Virus record (IMG/VR): IMGVR_UViG_3300034073_003340
Span: 371,857 to 435,856 of that record
Length of the DNA stretch: 64,000 nt
Direction: 5' to 3' (one strand)
This document shows positions 34,126-42,955 of this stretch, piece by piece. The translations under genes and the position numbers were made by a program. The notes below the pieces were generated by a model. The model worked only from the letters and a program-made list of their open reading frames with translations. It did no database searches and had not been told where the DNA came from. How positions within the stretch are numbered: position 1 is the first letter of the stretch; each line of letters starts with the position of its first letter.

Positions 34126-34172
34126 TCAGTCAGCAAGATGTTACTGGCTACCTACCAGTAACAATCTATTGC

Positions 34173-34880
34173 TCAACGGAGAGATTCTAATATGCTCTTG
34201 ATTTGATCCTGGGCTACCAGAGCATTGGCTTTTGCCACATTGAATCTATTTTTGAAAACTTCGGCCGCCGCCGTTTCGTTCAATTCCATAGAACGAGTAT
34301 AGCGAGCTTTATGCTTTGCCGTTTCAAGACGATTTCGATTAAAATCTTCTTCCAAATCAATAACTTCTTGAACTCTAGAAGAATCAAAGCTCAAACCTTT
34401 GTTCATAAGCTTCATAATAGCTTGAGCTGACTCCTGAAGTCTCAGATTGCTCACAACATCGCGACGATTACTATCCACTACATTGTAGGTTCTAATCTCT
34501 TTGCCATTGCTCTCTTTTAGAGAGATCAGAACTTCAAAAGAACCAGGGCTAGTTTTCTGTGCCAAACTAGTTTCAGTTAGGGTAGTTCGACCAACAGTAG
34601 GGGAAGCCTGTTCTGAAATCTGATCCTCGCCGCTTATGTTGTTGAGTTTGGCAAGGATATTTTTCATAGCATCTATGTCTTCTCGACTAGTGCCAATTGA
34701 AGGAGAGTAATGAGCAGTATTATGACTTTCTCTCAGAGGCTGGTTTCCACCAGTGTAAAAGGCTTGCTGGGGCTGCTGAACGGCCGGAACATTCGTGCCC
34801 TCCATAATGGCTCTCAGTCTGGCCATTTCCTGGATATCTCGAGCACTAGGCATGTTTGAGGGAATTAGATCGTTTGACAT
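34173..34880 (-). CDS. Late hypothetical (probable head) protein
   Basis: 235 aa; MKNILAKL, LRES and LTET motifs. Confidence 0.72.
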   Translation of the reverse strand: MSNDLIPSNMPSARDIQEMARLRAIMEGTNVPAVQQPQQAFYTGGNQPLRESHNTAHYSPSIGTSREDIDAMKNILAKLNNISGEDQISEQASPTVGRTTLTETSLAQKTSPGSFEVLISLKESNGKEIRTYNVVDSNRRDVVSNLRLQESAQAIMKLMNKGLSFDSSRVQEVIDLEEDFNRNRLETAKHKARYTRSMELNETAAAEVFKNRFNVAKANALVAQDQIKSILESLR

Positions 34881-34881
34881 T

Positions 34882-35112
34882 TTATCTCCAAAGGTCCTCT
34901 AGACCACTTACAACATAAAAGAGGGATCCTTCACGTTGGGATCTTTCTAGAATACCCCTACTTACCATCTTTCTAGCAAGCTCTTTCTGTCGCTCATTGA
35001 GATCTTGTCTCTTAATGATTTGGCCTTCTTGTGATTCGATCATATCAAGTAATTCCTGTTCCTCACTGGAAACAGGAATCTGAATTCCGCCTCGAATCTC
35101 TAGAAAACGCAT
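34882..35112 (-). CDS. Small late protein, winged-helix-like
   Basis: MRFLEIRGGIQIPVSSEEQELL...LARKMVSRGILER. Start set at MRFLE, just after the upstream stop. Confidence 0.7.
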   Translation of the reverse strand: MRFLEIRGGIQIPVSSEEQELLDMIESQEGQIIKRQDLNERQKELARKMVSRGILERSQREGSLFYVVSGLEDLWR

Positions 35113-35113
35113 C

Positions 35114-36493
35114 TTACTTCTTGCGACGTTCGCCGAGATAATCACGACCCATCATCTGAGCCTGATTTGTTAGATCCTGAAGCTTCTGGATAAGGGACTT
35201 ATATTCAGAAAGACGAATATCAGCAAGCCCGGCCTGAATACTATTCAGGGCATCTTCAATTTGTGCCATTGCTTCGCTCTGTGAAGGAACGTTACCAACC
35301 GTCATGACCGGATCACTACCAACAGCACCGGGGATACCTGCGTCTGCGGGTAGATCCAAAGTTCCGGTAGTTTCTACATCATCAACTGGAACATCAAAAG
35401 AGAGATCTTCTGGCTCTTCCATCCCACCGTCCATATCGGCCATTGGTTCCTCTACTGGGTCAGCACCAATACCATCTAGTTCCATATCTACAATTTTGTC
35501 ACCTACTGGACCAGCCGCGAGAACGCCTTCGGGATCAATTTCAGGTGCTTCTACGACTTCAATACCGGCAAAGTCGTCGTTTTCTAGTGGTAGACCTGCG
35601 AGTTCGCGCAGGCGGAATAGTGGATTCACTGGCTTCATCATGCCTATCACTCCCTCGTCTAAACGGCTTACTTCTGATTCAGCAACCATTTCTAGTTGAC
35701 CGTTCATGATAACACCGATGGTTCCATTAGGTCCGTGAGGAATTTTGATTTGGCCAACAGCTTCGCCGACCATAACGTCCTCACCAATTTCAAATTCGAT
35801 CTCCTCATCAAAGCGAGGCTTGTGCTTGGCACCGCGTCCAAACTTGTCTACCTTGCGAGGGTCCTTACCGCCATCATGCGCACCAGCACCACTACGGGTC
35901 TTTACCGCTGCGATTACAGGATTACGTGGCTTCATGAGTTCAATCTTTTTCTTGGCGTCTTTGGCGCGCTTTTCTGGCTTCTTGCTCATCTTTTCCTCTA
36001 TTTCAACAGAATCGCGAACTGTCTGCTTTCTAAGGATTTCTGAGAGAGCTCGTCCAGTGCGATATGCCACGTTACGATCACCACATTCAATACGGTAAGC
36101 AACAGGGCTGGTAGCCTGGTATTCTACCTGGTTTTCATCCAACCAGTCAAGAACTCTATCCCTGGTTTGTTCAGAAACCTCAACGGAGTATGAAAATCCT
36201 TCATCAAGTTTTGTCATACATCCGAATGTCTCATCCAGGGTCTCGCCTGAACGTAGACTTTCAAACTTTGCGTTCAGATAATCATCGCTCATTGTGGTTC
36301 TCCCCAGCTTGATACCATATTTACCAAGTAATTTTTCGGCTTCGACCTGGCCCTGATAGGGTCGGCTTGTGTTTTTGAAAGCTTGAACCAAATTCATAAG
36401 GTCATTGCCGTTTACTTCACCTTTGAAGCGCTCAGCAGCTTTTTCGTCTACTCCTCGACGAATCAGTTCATCGGCAATATCCATCTTATCCAT
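35114..36493 (-). CDS. Large acidic late (probable head-internal) protein
   Basis: 459 aa; LDET, LDEG and RLRELAGL motifs. Confidence 0.75.
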   Translation of the reverse strand: MDKMDIADELIRRGVDEKAAERFKGEVNGNDLMNLVQAFKNTSRPYQGQVEAEKLLGKYGIKLGRTTMSDDYLNAKFESLRSGETLDETFGCMTKLDEGFSYSVEVSEQTRDRVLDWLDENQVEYQATSPVAYRIECGDRNVAYRTGRALSEILRKQTVRDSVEIEEKMSKKPEKRAKDAKKKIELMKPRNPVIAAVKTRSGAGAHDGGKDPRKVDKFGRGAKHKPRFDEEIEFEIGEDVMVGEAVGQIKIPHGPNGTIGVIMNGQLEMVAESEVSRLDEGVIGMMKPVNPLFRLRELAGLPLENDDFAGIEVVEAPEIDPEGVLAAGPVGDKIVDMELDGIGADPVEEPMADMDGGMEEPEDLSFDVPVDDVETTGTLDLPADAGIPGAVGSDPVMTVGNVPSQSEAMAQIEDALNSIQAGLADIRLSEYKSLIQKLQDLTNQAQMMGRDYLGERRKK

Positions 36494-36662
36494 GTTTCTT
36501 CGCCTTTTTGACTACAATGCGAGTCTTGATCTTCGGTCCACGAGATTCACGAATTATGCCGTCAAACTGACGAGCCCATAACACTGATGCCTGTTCTAGG
36601 AACTTTCGTTCCTCAACAGATATAGAAAGAGGGTCGTCCCCAAAGAGCTCAGAAAGAGTCAT
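36486..36662 (-). CDS. Small late protein (58 aa; true start inside the track ORF 36486..36923)
   Basis: MTLSELFGDD... begins 30 nt after the late box at 36692-36697. Confidence 0.55.
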   Translation of the reverse strand: MTLSELFGDDPLSISVEERKFLEQASVLWARQFDGIIRESRGPKIKTRIVVKKAKKHG

Positions 36663-36691
36663 TGATTTCTCACAATTAGGATATCCTTTGG

Positions 36692-36772
36692 TATTTAGCG
36701 TATCACTATCAAGTTGAACAGAATGTGGGTAGTTAAAGCAAGTGAGTGTATTCATTGGACTTTGAATAAATA
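36692..36772. promoter_or_regulatory. Back-to-back divergent late promoters
   Basis: TATTTA at 36692-36697 (leftward) and TAAATA at 36767-36772 (rightward, 32 nt before ATG 36805). Confidence 0.6.
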
Positions 36773-36804
36773 TCACGCAAGTCGCGTATCGGGAGACTAC
36801 CTTC

Positions 36805-37050
36805 ATGGGTGATATAATCAAGAGTGTAGTCGAGATGATCGCTAAAGGAGACGGAGGGGCTTTAACGGCTCTTCTCCTTGGTATCATTGGAGTCTTGGGT
36901 TGGTATTGTTTTCGCTTGACCAAGCAATTGGAAAAGAAAGACGAAAAGATTTACAAGATTATCGATGACTATTCAAAAAACAACATTACCATAACTGAAG
37001 CCATGAATGGCCTCAAACTGGTTCTAATTGAGATCAAGGCAAAACTCTAA
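36805..37050 (+). CDS. Small single-TM membrane protein, BhlA-like holin candidate
   Basis: 81 aa; GGGAG RBS; TM ALTALLLGIIGVLGWYCF followed by basic RLTKQLEKKDEKIYKIID and a helical tail, the layout of BhlA-type holins. Confidence 0.55.
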   Translation: MGDIIKSVVEMIAKGDGGALTALLLGIIGVLGWYCFRLTKQLEKKDEKIYKIIDDYSKNNITITEAMNGLKLVLIEIKAKL

Positions 37051-38720
37051 TGATGAAATGGCTGTTTGAAAGCAAAGAAGCTGCTGCCAAACGGACGTTG
37101 CGTGCTGAGACCTTGAAAGCGGCTCTGGAATCCAGTGAAGCTCTTGAAAAAGCCGCCAAAGGAACTTTGGATCTTGCGGCTGATGTAACAGAAACTCTGC
37201 AGGCCAGAATTGATGACTACACGACTCAAATTGATCAGACAGCAAGACTGCTGAATGACGCCCTGATGTTGGTAAGTCCAGAAGGCGAAATACAGAGTTA
37301 TAATCCAGCAGCTGAATCCATGTTTGGCTGGAAAAAGAGGGAAGTAATTGGCAAGAAGATTAGTCTCCTTTTTCAATTCCCAAAAGAAACCGAACTAGAC
37401 GTTAGCTTCATGGAATCTCTGGTAACTCAGGTGAATACCAATGACGAGTTTACCAGTGTAAATTATGAAGATTTCATGGGTATACGAAAAGACGGTAGTA
37501 TCATCTACATAGACGTCTCCGCTAGTAAAGTGGTTCGCAGCGACAAAAAAGTTTACTATATCATGTTGGTCAGAGATGTCACACATCAGGTCAACAATAG
37601 CAAAATGATTCGAGAATTAGCTGAGCATAATCAAGAACTACTCACTACGATTGATGCGTCTAGCACCGGATTTATGATTCTCAATCCAGATGGTTCTGAC
37701 TTCAGTATAAGCTTTGTAAATGAAGGATTTGCCAAGCTTATTGGTTTCAAACGATCCGCTATAAAAAAGATGAATCTCAGGGATCTGTTTGGAACAGATT
37801 CTACCTTCTGGACCATTCGCAGAACTTTGCTTGAAGGTGTTGAAGGACGTCACGAAATACAGTTTGATATCGGGGTCAGCCAGACGGTTGTTTTCGAGGT
37901 CCATTTGACACCAGTGAAGAAGGGACCCAATCCGGTTCAATGGATATTGGTTTTCTATGAAACAACTGAGCTAAAGAAAGCCTATCAAGAACTTGGAAAA
38001 AGCCAAGCTACATTCAAAGCATTCAGTGACGCTAGCTCTGAAAGTTTGATCATCCATGACCATACACGCCTAATGGAATGGAACGACAGGGTCATACTCT
38101 TGACAGGATATTCAGACTCGGAACTTGAAACTATGAATCCTTCTGATTTACTTCATCCTCTTGAAAGAGAGAGAATGTTGTTCAAGAAGAATGAAGTCGA
38201 AGATTCCTCATACGAGACCCTGTTCCTCACCAAGAGCGGTGAAGTAAAGGATGTGGCAATCAACAGTAAGCCAATTGAATGGGACAATACCGAGGCCCGA
38301 ATTGCTATCGTCAGAGACGTCACAGCATTCAAGGATGTAGAAACTCAACTCAAAACATCAAGAGAGCGATATAAGACAGTAGTGGACAACACCATTGATC
38401 TCATTGTTTGCTTTAATAAAGACTTTGAAATTACTTTTTCAAATCAAACATTTCGTGATTACTTTGATGTAGAGGTTGAAGATATAAACGGGTTCAGTCT
38501 CTTGGAGATCATACCTGAGTCAGACCACCAGAAATTCATCAAATATATGTTGGAAGTTCTACCGGGCCAAGAGATTCGCCGCGGAGTTCATAGGGTCAAG
38601 AGACATGACGAGATACGCTGGCAGGACTGGATCGATCGAGGAATTTTTGATGAAGAAGGTATCTTGATAGAAGTTCAAAGCGTCATACGTGACATCACAC
38701 ATCTGATTCCCAGTCAATAA
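37050..38720 (+). CDS. Multi-PAS sensor protein (coiled coil plus four PAS/PAC domains, no output domain)
   Basis: Four units starting YNPAAESMFGW, FVNEGFAKLIGF, WNDRVILLTGY and FSNQTFRDYF and ending VRDVT, FYETT, VRDVT and IRDIT; stops 6 aa after the last PAS; TAATG overlap with the upstream gene. Confidence 0.9.
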   Translation: MMKWLFESKEAAAKRTLRAETLKAALESSEALEKAAKGTLDLAADVTETLQARIDDYTTQIDQTARLLNDALMLVSPEGEIQSYNPAAESMFGWKKREVIGKKISLLFQFPKETELDVSFMESLVTQVNTNDEFTSVNYEDFMGIRKDGSIIYIDVSASKVVRSDKKVYYIMLVRDVTHQVNNSKMIRELAEHNQELLTTIDASSTGFMILNPDGSDFSISFVNEGFAKLIGFKRSAIKKMNLRDLFGTDSTFWTIRRTLLEGVEGRHEIQFDIGVSQTVVFEVHLTPVKKGPNPVQWILVFYETTELKKAYQELGKSQATFKAFSDASSESLIIHDHTRLMEWNDRVILLTGYSDSELETMNPSDLLHPLERERMLFKKNEVEDSSYETLFLTKSGEVKDVAINSKPIEWDNTEARIAIVRDVTAFKDVETQLKTSRERYKTVVDNTIDLIVCFNKDFEITFSNQTFRDYFDVEVEDINGFSLLEIIPESDHQKFIKYMLEVLPGQEIRRGVHRVKRHDEIRWQDWIDRGIFDEEGILIEVQSVIRDITHLIPSQ

Positions 38721-38723
38721 CAC

Positions 38724-38751
38724 TTGACCCCAGAGTTCTAGATGCTATCTC
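38724..38751 (+). promoter_or_regulatory. Possible sigma70 promoter of the 31-aa ORF
   Basis: TTGACC-N16-TATCTC. Confidence 0.4.
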
Positions 38752-38771
38752 TTTGATTAGAGGAGACGCAC

Positions 38772-38867
38772 ATGGAAATTATCAAACGCGGAATCTATAC
38801 TATCATCATTGATCGGGAACATGAACGACGGGCAATCGAGGCAATTCGAGCTCGCAAGTCTTCCTGA
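38772..38867 (+). CDS. 31-aa small protein not in the ORF track
   Basis: AGAGGAG RBS, then ATG: MEIIKRGIYTIIIDREHERRAIEAIRARKSS-TGA, followed directly by a terminator. Confidence 0.6.
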   Translation: MEIIKRGIYTIIIDREHERRAIEAIRARKSS

Positions 38868-38870
38868 CGC

Positions 38871-38906
38871 AAAAGAGCCCCGGAGTTTCCCCCGGGGCTC
38901 TTTTTT
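38871..38906. terminator. Bidirectional terminator with GAAA loop (minus strand)
   Basis: AAAAGAGCCCCGGAG-TTTC-CCCCGGGGCTCTTTTTT. Confidence 0.88.
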
Positions 38907-38922
38907 AGATCCTAATCAAGGA

Positions 38923-39267
38923 TTAGAAATCAGCAGCAGCTACCACGAAAGTGGCAGTTGAGGCACCAGTTGCGCGAAGCGCAGCCTGGCCAGCAGCATT
39001 GAAGTCTGCCAGAGTGTTTGGAGCAACCGAAGTTCCGAAAACATCAGCGTGCTCAACAGCAAACGCAAAACCAGTTGCGGTTACTGCGCCCAGGATAACT
39101 GGCTGTGCGCGAGTAGAGATGATTTCGATAACCTTGTCCAGGTTAGAAGTGCCGTTAGCAGGATCAGCGGTCAGGTCAAAGTTAGAAACAGTGACAGTGT
39201 AACGCTTAACTGCGCCGGACAGGAACTGGTCATTGCCAGAAGCGAAGCCGTTTACTTTCTCAGTCAT
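38923..39267 (-). CDS. Small virion structural protein (decoration-like)
   Basis: Ala/Thr-rich 114 aa; AGGAG RBS; late box at 39302-39307. Confidence 0.75.
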   Translation of the reverse strand: MTEKVNGFASGNDQFLSGAVKRYTVTVSNFDLTADPANGTSNLDKVIEIISTRAQPVILGAVTATGFAFAVEHADVFGTSVAPNTLADFNAAGQAALRATGASTATFVVAAADF

Positions 39268-39301
39268 AGTGAATTCTCCTATAGAGAGTTTCTGTTAGAA
39301 G

Positions 39302-39307
39302 TATTTA
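39302..39307 (-). promoter_or_regulatory. Late promoter box TAAATA
   Basis: TATTTA 35 nt upstream of the 39267 start. Confidence 0.6.
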
Positions 39308-39321
39308 TCTAAGAGCATCTT

Positions 39322-39513
39322 TTAGCGACGTAAAACTGTTGGTTTGGTATGAGGCTTACGCTTCTTCTCAGCAGCGTCATAGATACCCTTATGCCCATTT
39401 GAATCGAATCCTGCACCAATGGCACCCACCGAGGTTGCCACTGCGCCTGCGGCTGTAGCACCGCTGCTAGCAGTTTCTAAAATTGGTTTACCTACAATCT
39501 CACTCCATCGCAT
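39322..39513 (-). CDS. Small late head-internal-type protein
   Basis: MRWSEIVGKPILETASSGATAAGAVAT, a leader/protease-site pattern. Confidence 0.7.
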   Translation of the reverse strand: MRWSEIVGKPILETASSGATAAGAVATSVGAIGAGFDSNGHKGIYDAAEKKRKPHTKPTVLRR

Positions 39514-39514
39514 A

Positions 39515-40435
39515 TTACAACCTCACACCAAACCGTTTGAGTTCCGCCTTGGGAACTTCTACTTTCAAGTTATTTAAGCGCTCAACATAGATTTTGTAGA
39601 TTTTCAAACGTTCAGGAATCGTATATGTTGATGTCATGGTAACTGATATAGTTTCAAACGACGTCATATAATCCAAAATTTTTGAGGGTAGATGTTGATC
39701 AAAAACCATCTCTACCACTTGTTTTGGATCATCTATAATATCAGTTCTAGCCGGGGTGGCACTTGGGTAAATTTTCAAGAACTCTTCTTTGGTAAGTTCC
39801 TTGAATTCCTTTACTCTCCCGTTGCCGTCCTTGCGCATAGGACGATGTCTATATCTCCAGACACACCCCTTATCATGGAAAAAGGTAGGACCTACTCTGG
39901 CCACCATCTCTCCATTTTCTTCCAACACCCAATCACTATTGAATGCCACTAACGCTTTGATAAGCTCAGTTCTATATAGACCTTTGAGGCAGCTTTTCTT
40001 TGATGTTTGTCCCCAATAATAGAAACCATCGGTATACTCAGGATCGTATTCAGGTGAAAAATAGCTGAACTTCTGCCACTCATAATTGCCAAACATGAAG
40101 TCAACCTGAACATACCCGTTTTTAGGGTCTCCGTTGATCGGAACCGCGGTGAAGATCTGGTTGTTACCAGGGCGAGCCTTGACATACTGTGATCCCAAGA
40201 GAGCAGATAGCTGTTGTGCTACCTTCTCCTGATCATATAGCTCAATTCGCATATTCAGATCAATGTCGCCACTCGTTGGATTCTTACCGGCACTACCAAG
40301 TAGGTGGTTCATGTATTTCCCACCCTGGATGCTTGAATCCTTCCAGTTTCTAGTTAGCCAGTCTAATGTCTTGGGTATGTCCTCTTTGGCGATCCTCTGT
40401 GTAATACCCTCAAACGCCTTACCGCCCATCTTCAA
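39515..40435 (-). CDS. Pol-beta superfamily nucleotidyltransferase
   Basis: LLGSAGKNPTSGDIDL (GS-x(n)-DxD) plus a third Asp in VQVDFM. Confidence 0.78.
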   Translation of the reverse strand: MKMGGKAFEGITQRIAKEDIPKTLDWLTRNWKDSSIQGGKYMNHLLGSAGKNPTSGDIDLNMRIELYDQEKVAQQLSALLGSQYVKARPGNNQIFTAVPINGDPKNGYVQVDFMFGNYEWQKFSYFSPEYDPEYTDGFYYWGQTSKKSCLKGLYRTELIKALVAFNSDWVLEENGEMVARVGPTFFHDKGCVWRYRHRPMRKDGNGRVKEFKELTKEEFLKIYPSATPARTDIIDDPKQVVEMVFDQHLPSKILDYMTSFETISVTMTSTYTIPERLKIYKIYVERLNNLKVEVPKAELKRFGVRL

Positions 40436-41588
40436 TCCTTTTTCTTGTATCGCTGAACATATTCAATGTTCGTTGATGTAATTGTCCCGAATATACTAGT
40501 AATTCTTGCCTGGCTCCGACCCTGTAAACGTGATGTAGAATATGTCGATTGTCTAGATATCGTTTGAGAAGCGTATCTAGTCTTTTCAGACGTTTTTCCT
40601 TGGGCCAGTCTTTGGTTCTAGATAGGAAGCTGGGACGAGCCGGTCTACTGCCTCCTACCAACCAGTATTTGATAAAATGAGTAAAGCGATTGGCCGCCTG
40701 GAATGATTCTCGATCAACTATTTTGAATTTACCCTGATTGCTTTCAACTACGACACCTTCCACAAACGAGCCGGCTCCAATAACACTTGGTTGTTCAAGC
40801 ACTAGAACTCGATAGGCAATATCTTTAAACATCAGAATCATAGATCGGAATACCTGCTTGAGGTCATCGCGTTCCTTTGAAATCTCTTTCTTGAGATCAT
40901 TCCAATTCCGATCACCACATTTGTGATGCTTCTTGGATAGGTTGATATCTAGGATGTCAAAAACGTTGAAGCCTTCAATCCTAGTGTCTTGCTGAAACCA
41001 ATGATCCAATACCGTTCTGAGTTGCTTGGCGTGGGTTGACAGTCTAGCTTGGACCAATTGCCTCGACGTTTGCGGGTTTATAAACGCCAACCACCGTTGC
41101 TTTTCTTTAAAAAGCTCTCTGGAAAATCCATCTGGACTTTGATGGTATTCAACATCAAGCTTACACTTGAAATCGTCAAGGAGCCTTATATGCCCTTCAC
41201 CAAATTCAAAATCAGCAGAAGTGATAATGAGAAGACCGCTGATTGAACTAGATAACAGGTATCGAATAGTATTGGGCATATTACCGTGGATGATTTCAGC
41301 ACCCAATTTCTGCCCAGGCTTGATAAGATTTTCCTTGACTAGGGCTTCAACTATCATAGCACCAACGTTATGGGCAATGCGATAACTCGAAGCCCAGCAT
41401 TCATTTGGCCAATCTTCTACACAATAGCAGAATTGACCTCCCTTGCGGTAACTATAATATCTTCCAGCGTCGTCTAAACCAAATCCCAAGAAGCTACCGT
41501 CAAGCTTTTCGCTCGGCCACCACATTAAGTCAAGGCTATCATATATGGCCCTGGCACTTAGTTCTTCATAATGGGGAATACTAACCAT
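40419..41588 (-). CDS. ATP-dependent ligase-fold (covalent nucleotidyltransferase) protein
   Basis: SEKLDGS (motif I KxDG), GAEIIHG (III), VEGVV (IV) and KFKIVD (V). Confidence 0.72.
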   Translation of the reverse strand: MVSIPHYEELSARAIYDSLDLMWWPSEKLDGSFLGFGLDDAGRYYSYRKGGQFCYCVEDWPNECWASSYRIAHNVGAMIVEALVKENLIKPGQKLGAEIIHGNMPNTIRYLLSSSISGLLIITSADFEFGEGHIRLLDDFKCKLDVEYHQSPDGFSRELFKEKQRWLAFINPQTSRQLVQARLSTHAKQLRTVLDHWFQQDTRIEGFNVFDILDINLSKKHHKCGDRNWNDLKKEISKERDDLKQVFRSMILMFKDIAYRVLVLEQPSVIGAGSFVEGVVVESNQGKFKIVDRESFQAANRFTHFIKYWLVGGSRPARPSFLSRTKDWPKEKRLKRLDTLLKRYLDNRHILHHVYRVGARQELLVYSGQLHQRTLNMFSDTRKRIEDGR

Positions 41589-41630
41589 CCTCTGGCTCTA
41601 GCATACCAGAGGATCGGTTCGCATTATTTA
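41587..41630 (-). promoter_or_regulatory. Late promoter box plus leader hairpin covering the start codon
   Basis: TAAATA at 41630-41625 overlaps the upstream stop; stem ATCCTCTGG/CCAGAGGAT includes the AT of ATG 41588. Confidence 0.55.
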
Positions 41631-42686
41631 GGTTCTAGAACGTAGAAGCGCATATCCAATTCTCGCCAATACATCAATGTCGCTATCCTGCATACGACCA
41701 TATCCTTTGTCAGCAGTATCTTTGACATATTGGGTAATCTGCTTGAGCTTGGAATCGCCGATCTCTAGCTCTCGCTTGAGAATACTAGACATCTCAGTTA
41801 TATCATATGGGCCCACCGAGGTGGATTTATCAGAACTCTTTTTAGACGATGAACCCTGTGACATTTTTTGGCTTGCTAAATCTGCCATAGCATCAGCAGT
41901 GTCGTTGACAGGACCATTCAATAGATATTCATCATTGATATGACCTGCGCTGGCATCCATGAGTTCATCAACGACCTCATCATCCAACACCTCTGAATCA
42001 GATTCCATGATAGATTCAACGTTGGTTTGTGGGTTTTGAGGCTTACCAACTGAACGGGAAAACGACGCTTTGCCGAGAATCAGTTTGTCTCCCACTGGCA
42101 TATTGGCCAATTTTGCTGAAATTTTCTCACGATCCCATTCGCCATTTGATAAGCGATAGTCTTTGGGATCCGCTTTGATTTCACCATGATCCTTTTTGCC
42201 ATCGTCTTTTTCAACATCAATACCGACCTTGCCAAAATCACTAAGCTTGGTATTCAAGTCTTTGGGAATAGGGACACCGTCTTCTTTTTCAGCAGCAGAT
42301 TTCTGGTCCTTGTCTACTTCACCACCTCGAGCTATTTTGCGCTCAGGAGGAGATTGGTCTGGCGAGTCAGAAGAGTCAGCTACCTCAGGAGACTTAGATT
42401 TATCAAAAACTTTGTCTTTGACAATGGCAACATCTTTGTCAGAAAATCCAATGCGTGCTCGCATAAAGCGATCCATGTCATCGTCAGTTCCTTGACGTCC
42501 CGTCTGACCAAGCCATTTCAGCCATTCCTGCTTGAGACGATGTGCCATTTCGGCTCGCTCTTTACTACCAAGACGACGGATTCGCTTATTCTTGAGATTG
42601 GTGAGCCATCCTTCAAGGAGAACTGGCTCCTGCGTGCTTTCTACAAGGCTCATAAGGCGGCGGATGTCAGAACTATTATTTGCCAC
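41628..42686 (-). CDS. Late head-internal-type protein
   Basis: MANNSSDIRRLMSLVESTQEPVLLEG leader; charged low-complexity middle. Confidence 0.75.
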   Translation of the reverse strand: MANNSSDIRRLMSLVESTQEPVLLEGWLTNLKNKRIRRLGSKERAEMAHRLKQEWLKWLGQTGRQGTDDDMDRFMRARIGFSDKDVAIVKDKVFDKSKSPEVADSSDSPDQSPPERKIARGGEVDKDQKSAAEKEDGVPIPKDLNTKLSDFGKVGIDVEKDDGKKDHGEIKADPKDYRLSNGEWDREKISAKLANMPVGDKLILGKASFSRSVGKPQNPQTNVESIMESDSEVLDDEVVDELMDASAGHINDEYLLNGPVNDTADAMADLASQKMSQGSSSKKSSDKSTSVGPYDITEMSSILKRELEIGDSKLKQITQYVKDTADKGYGRMQDSDIDVLARIGYALLRSRT

Positions 42687-42945
42687 GCTTGCTCTCCTCG
42701 ACCTTGCGATATTCTCTAATCTTGCGATTGAACTTATCGGGATCCTTATTCTTTATAGCATTGATGAATCGACGTTGTAGTTCGTCGGCTTCCTCATCAC
42801 TAAAGCTTTCAGATATAAGATTCAAAAGATTGACGGCCCCAGCAATCACATTAGATGCGCGAGCTTCTACAATCTGGTGTTTGTCTCTTTGAGGAACAAA
42901 TAAATCGAGTTCCTCTATTAGACTTTTGACGCGACCGTCTTTCAT
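42676..42945 (-). CDS. Conserved-looking small late protein
   Basis: MKDGRVKSLIEEL...ASNVIAGAVNLL...LQRRFINAIKNKDPDKF. Start set at the AAGGGA RBS. Confidence 0.72.
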   Translation of the reverse strand: MKDGRVKSLIEELDLFVPQRDKHQIVEARASNVIAGAVNLLNLISESFSDEEADELQRRFINAIKNKDPDKFNRKIREYRKVEESKRGK

Positions 42946-42955
42946 CGTGGTTCCC

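Noticed and set aside
36663-36923. N-terminal extension of track ORF 36486..36923
   Set aside because: It would overlap the divergent promoters and the holin-like gene. A late box at 36692-36697 supports the shorter start at 36662.
37600-37970. Second PAS domain as a LOV blue-light photoreceptor
   Set aside because: The scaffold is LOV-like, but the GRNCRFLQ motif reads KKMNLRDLF, with no adduct-forming Cys.
38700-38920. Frameshifted kinase or GGDEF continuation of the PAS gene
   Set aside because: Only about 150 bp separate the stop from a strong terminator, and that space holds a promoter-like sequence and a 31-aa ORF. No H-box or GGDEF motif appears in any frame.
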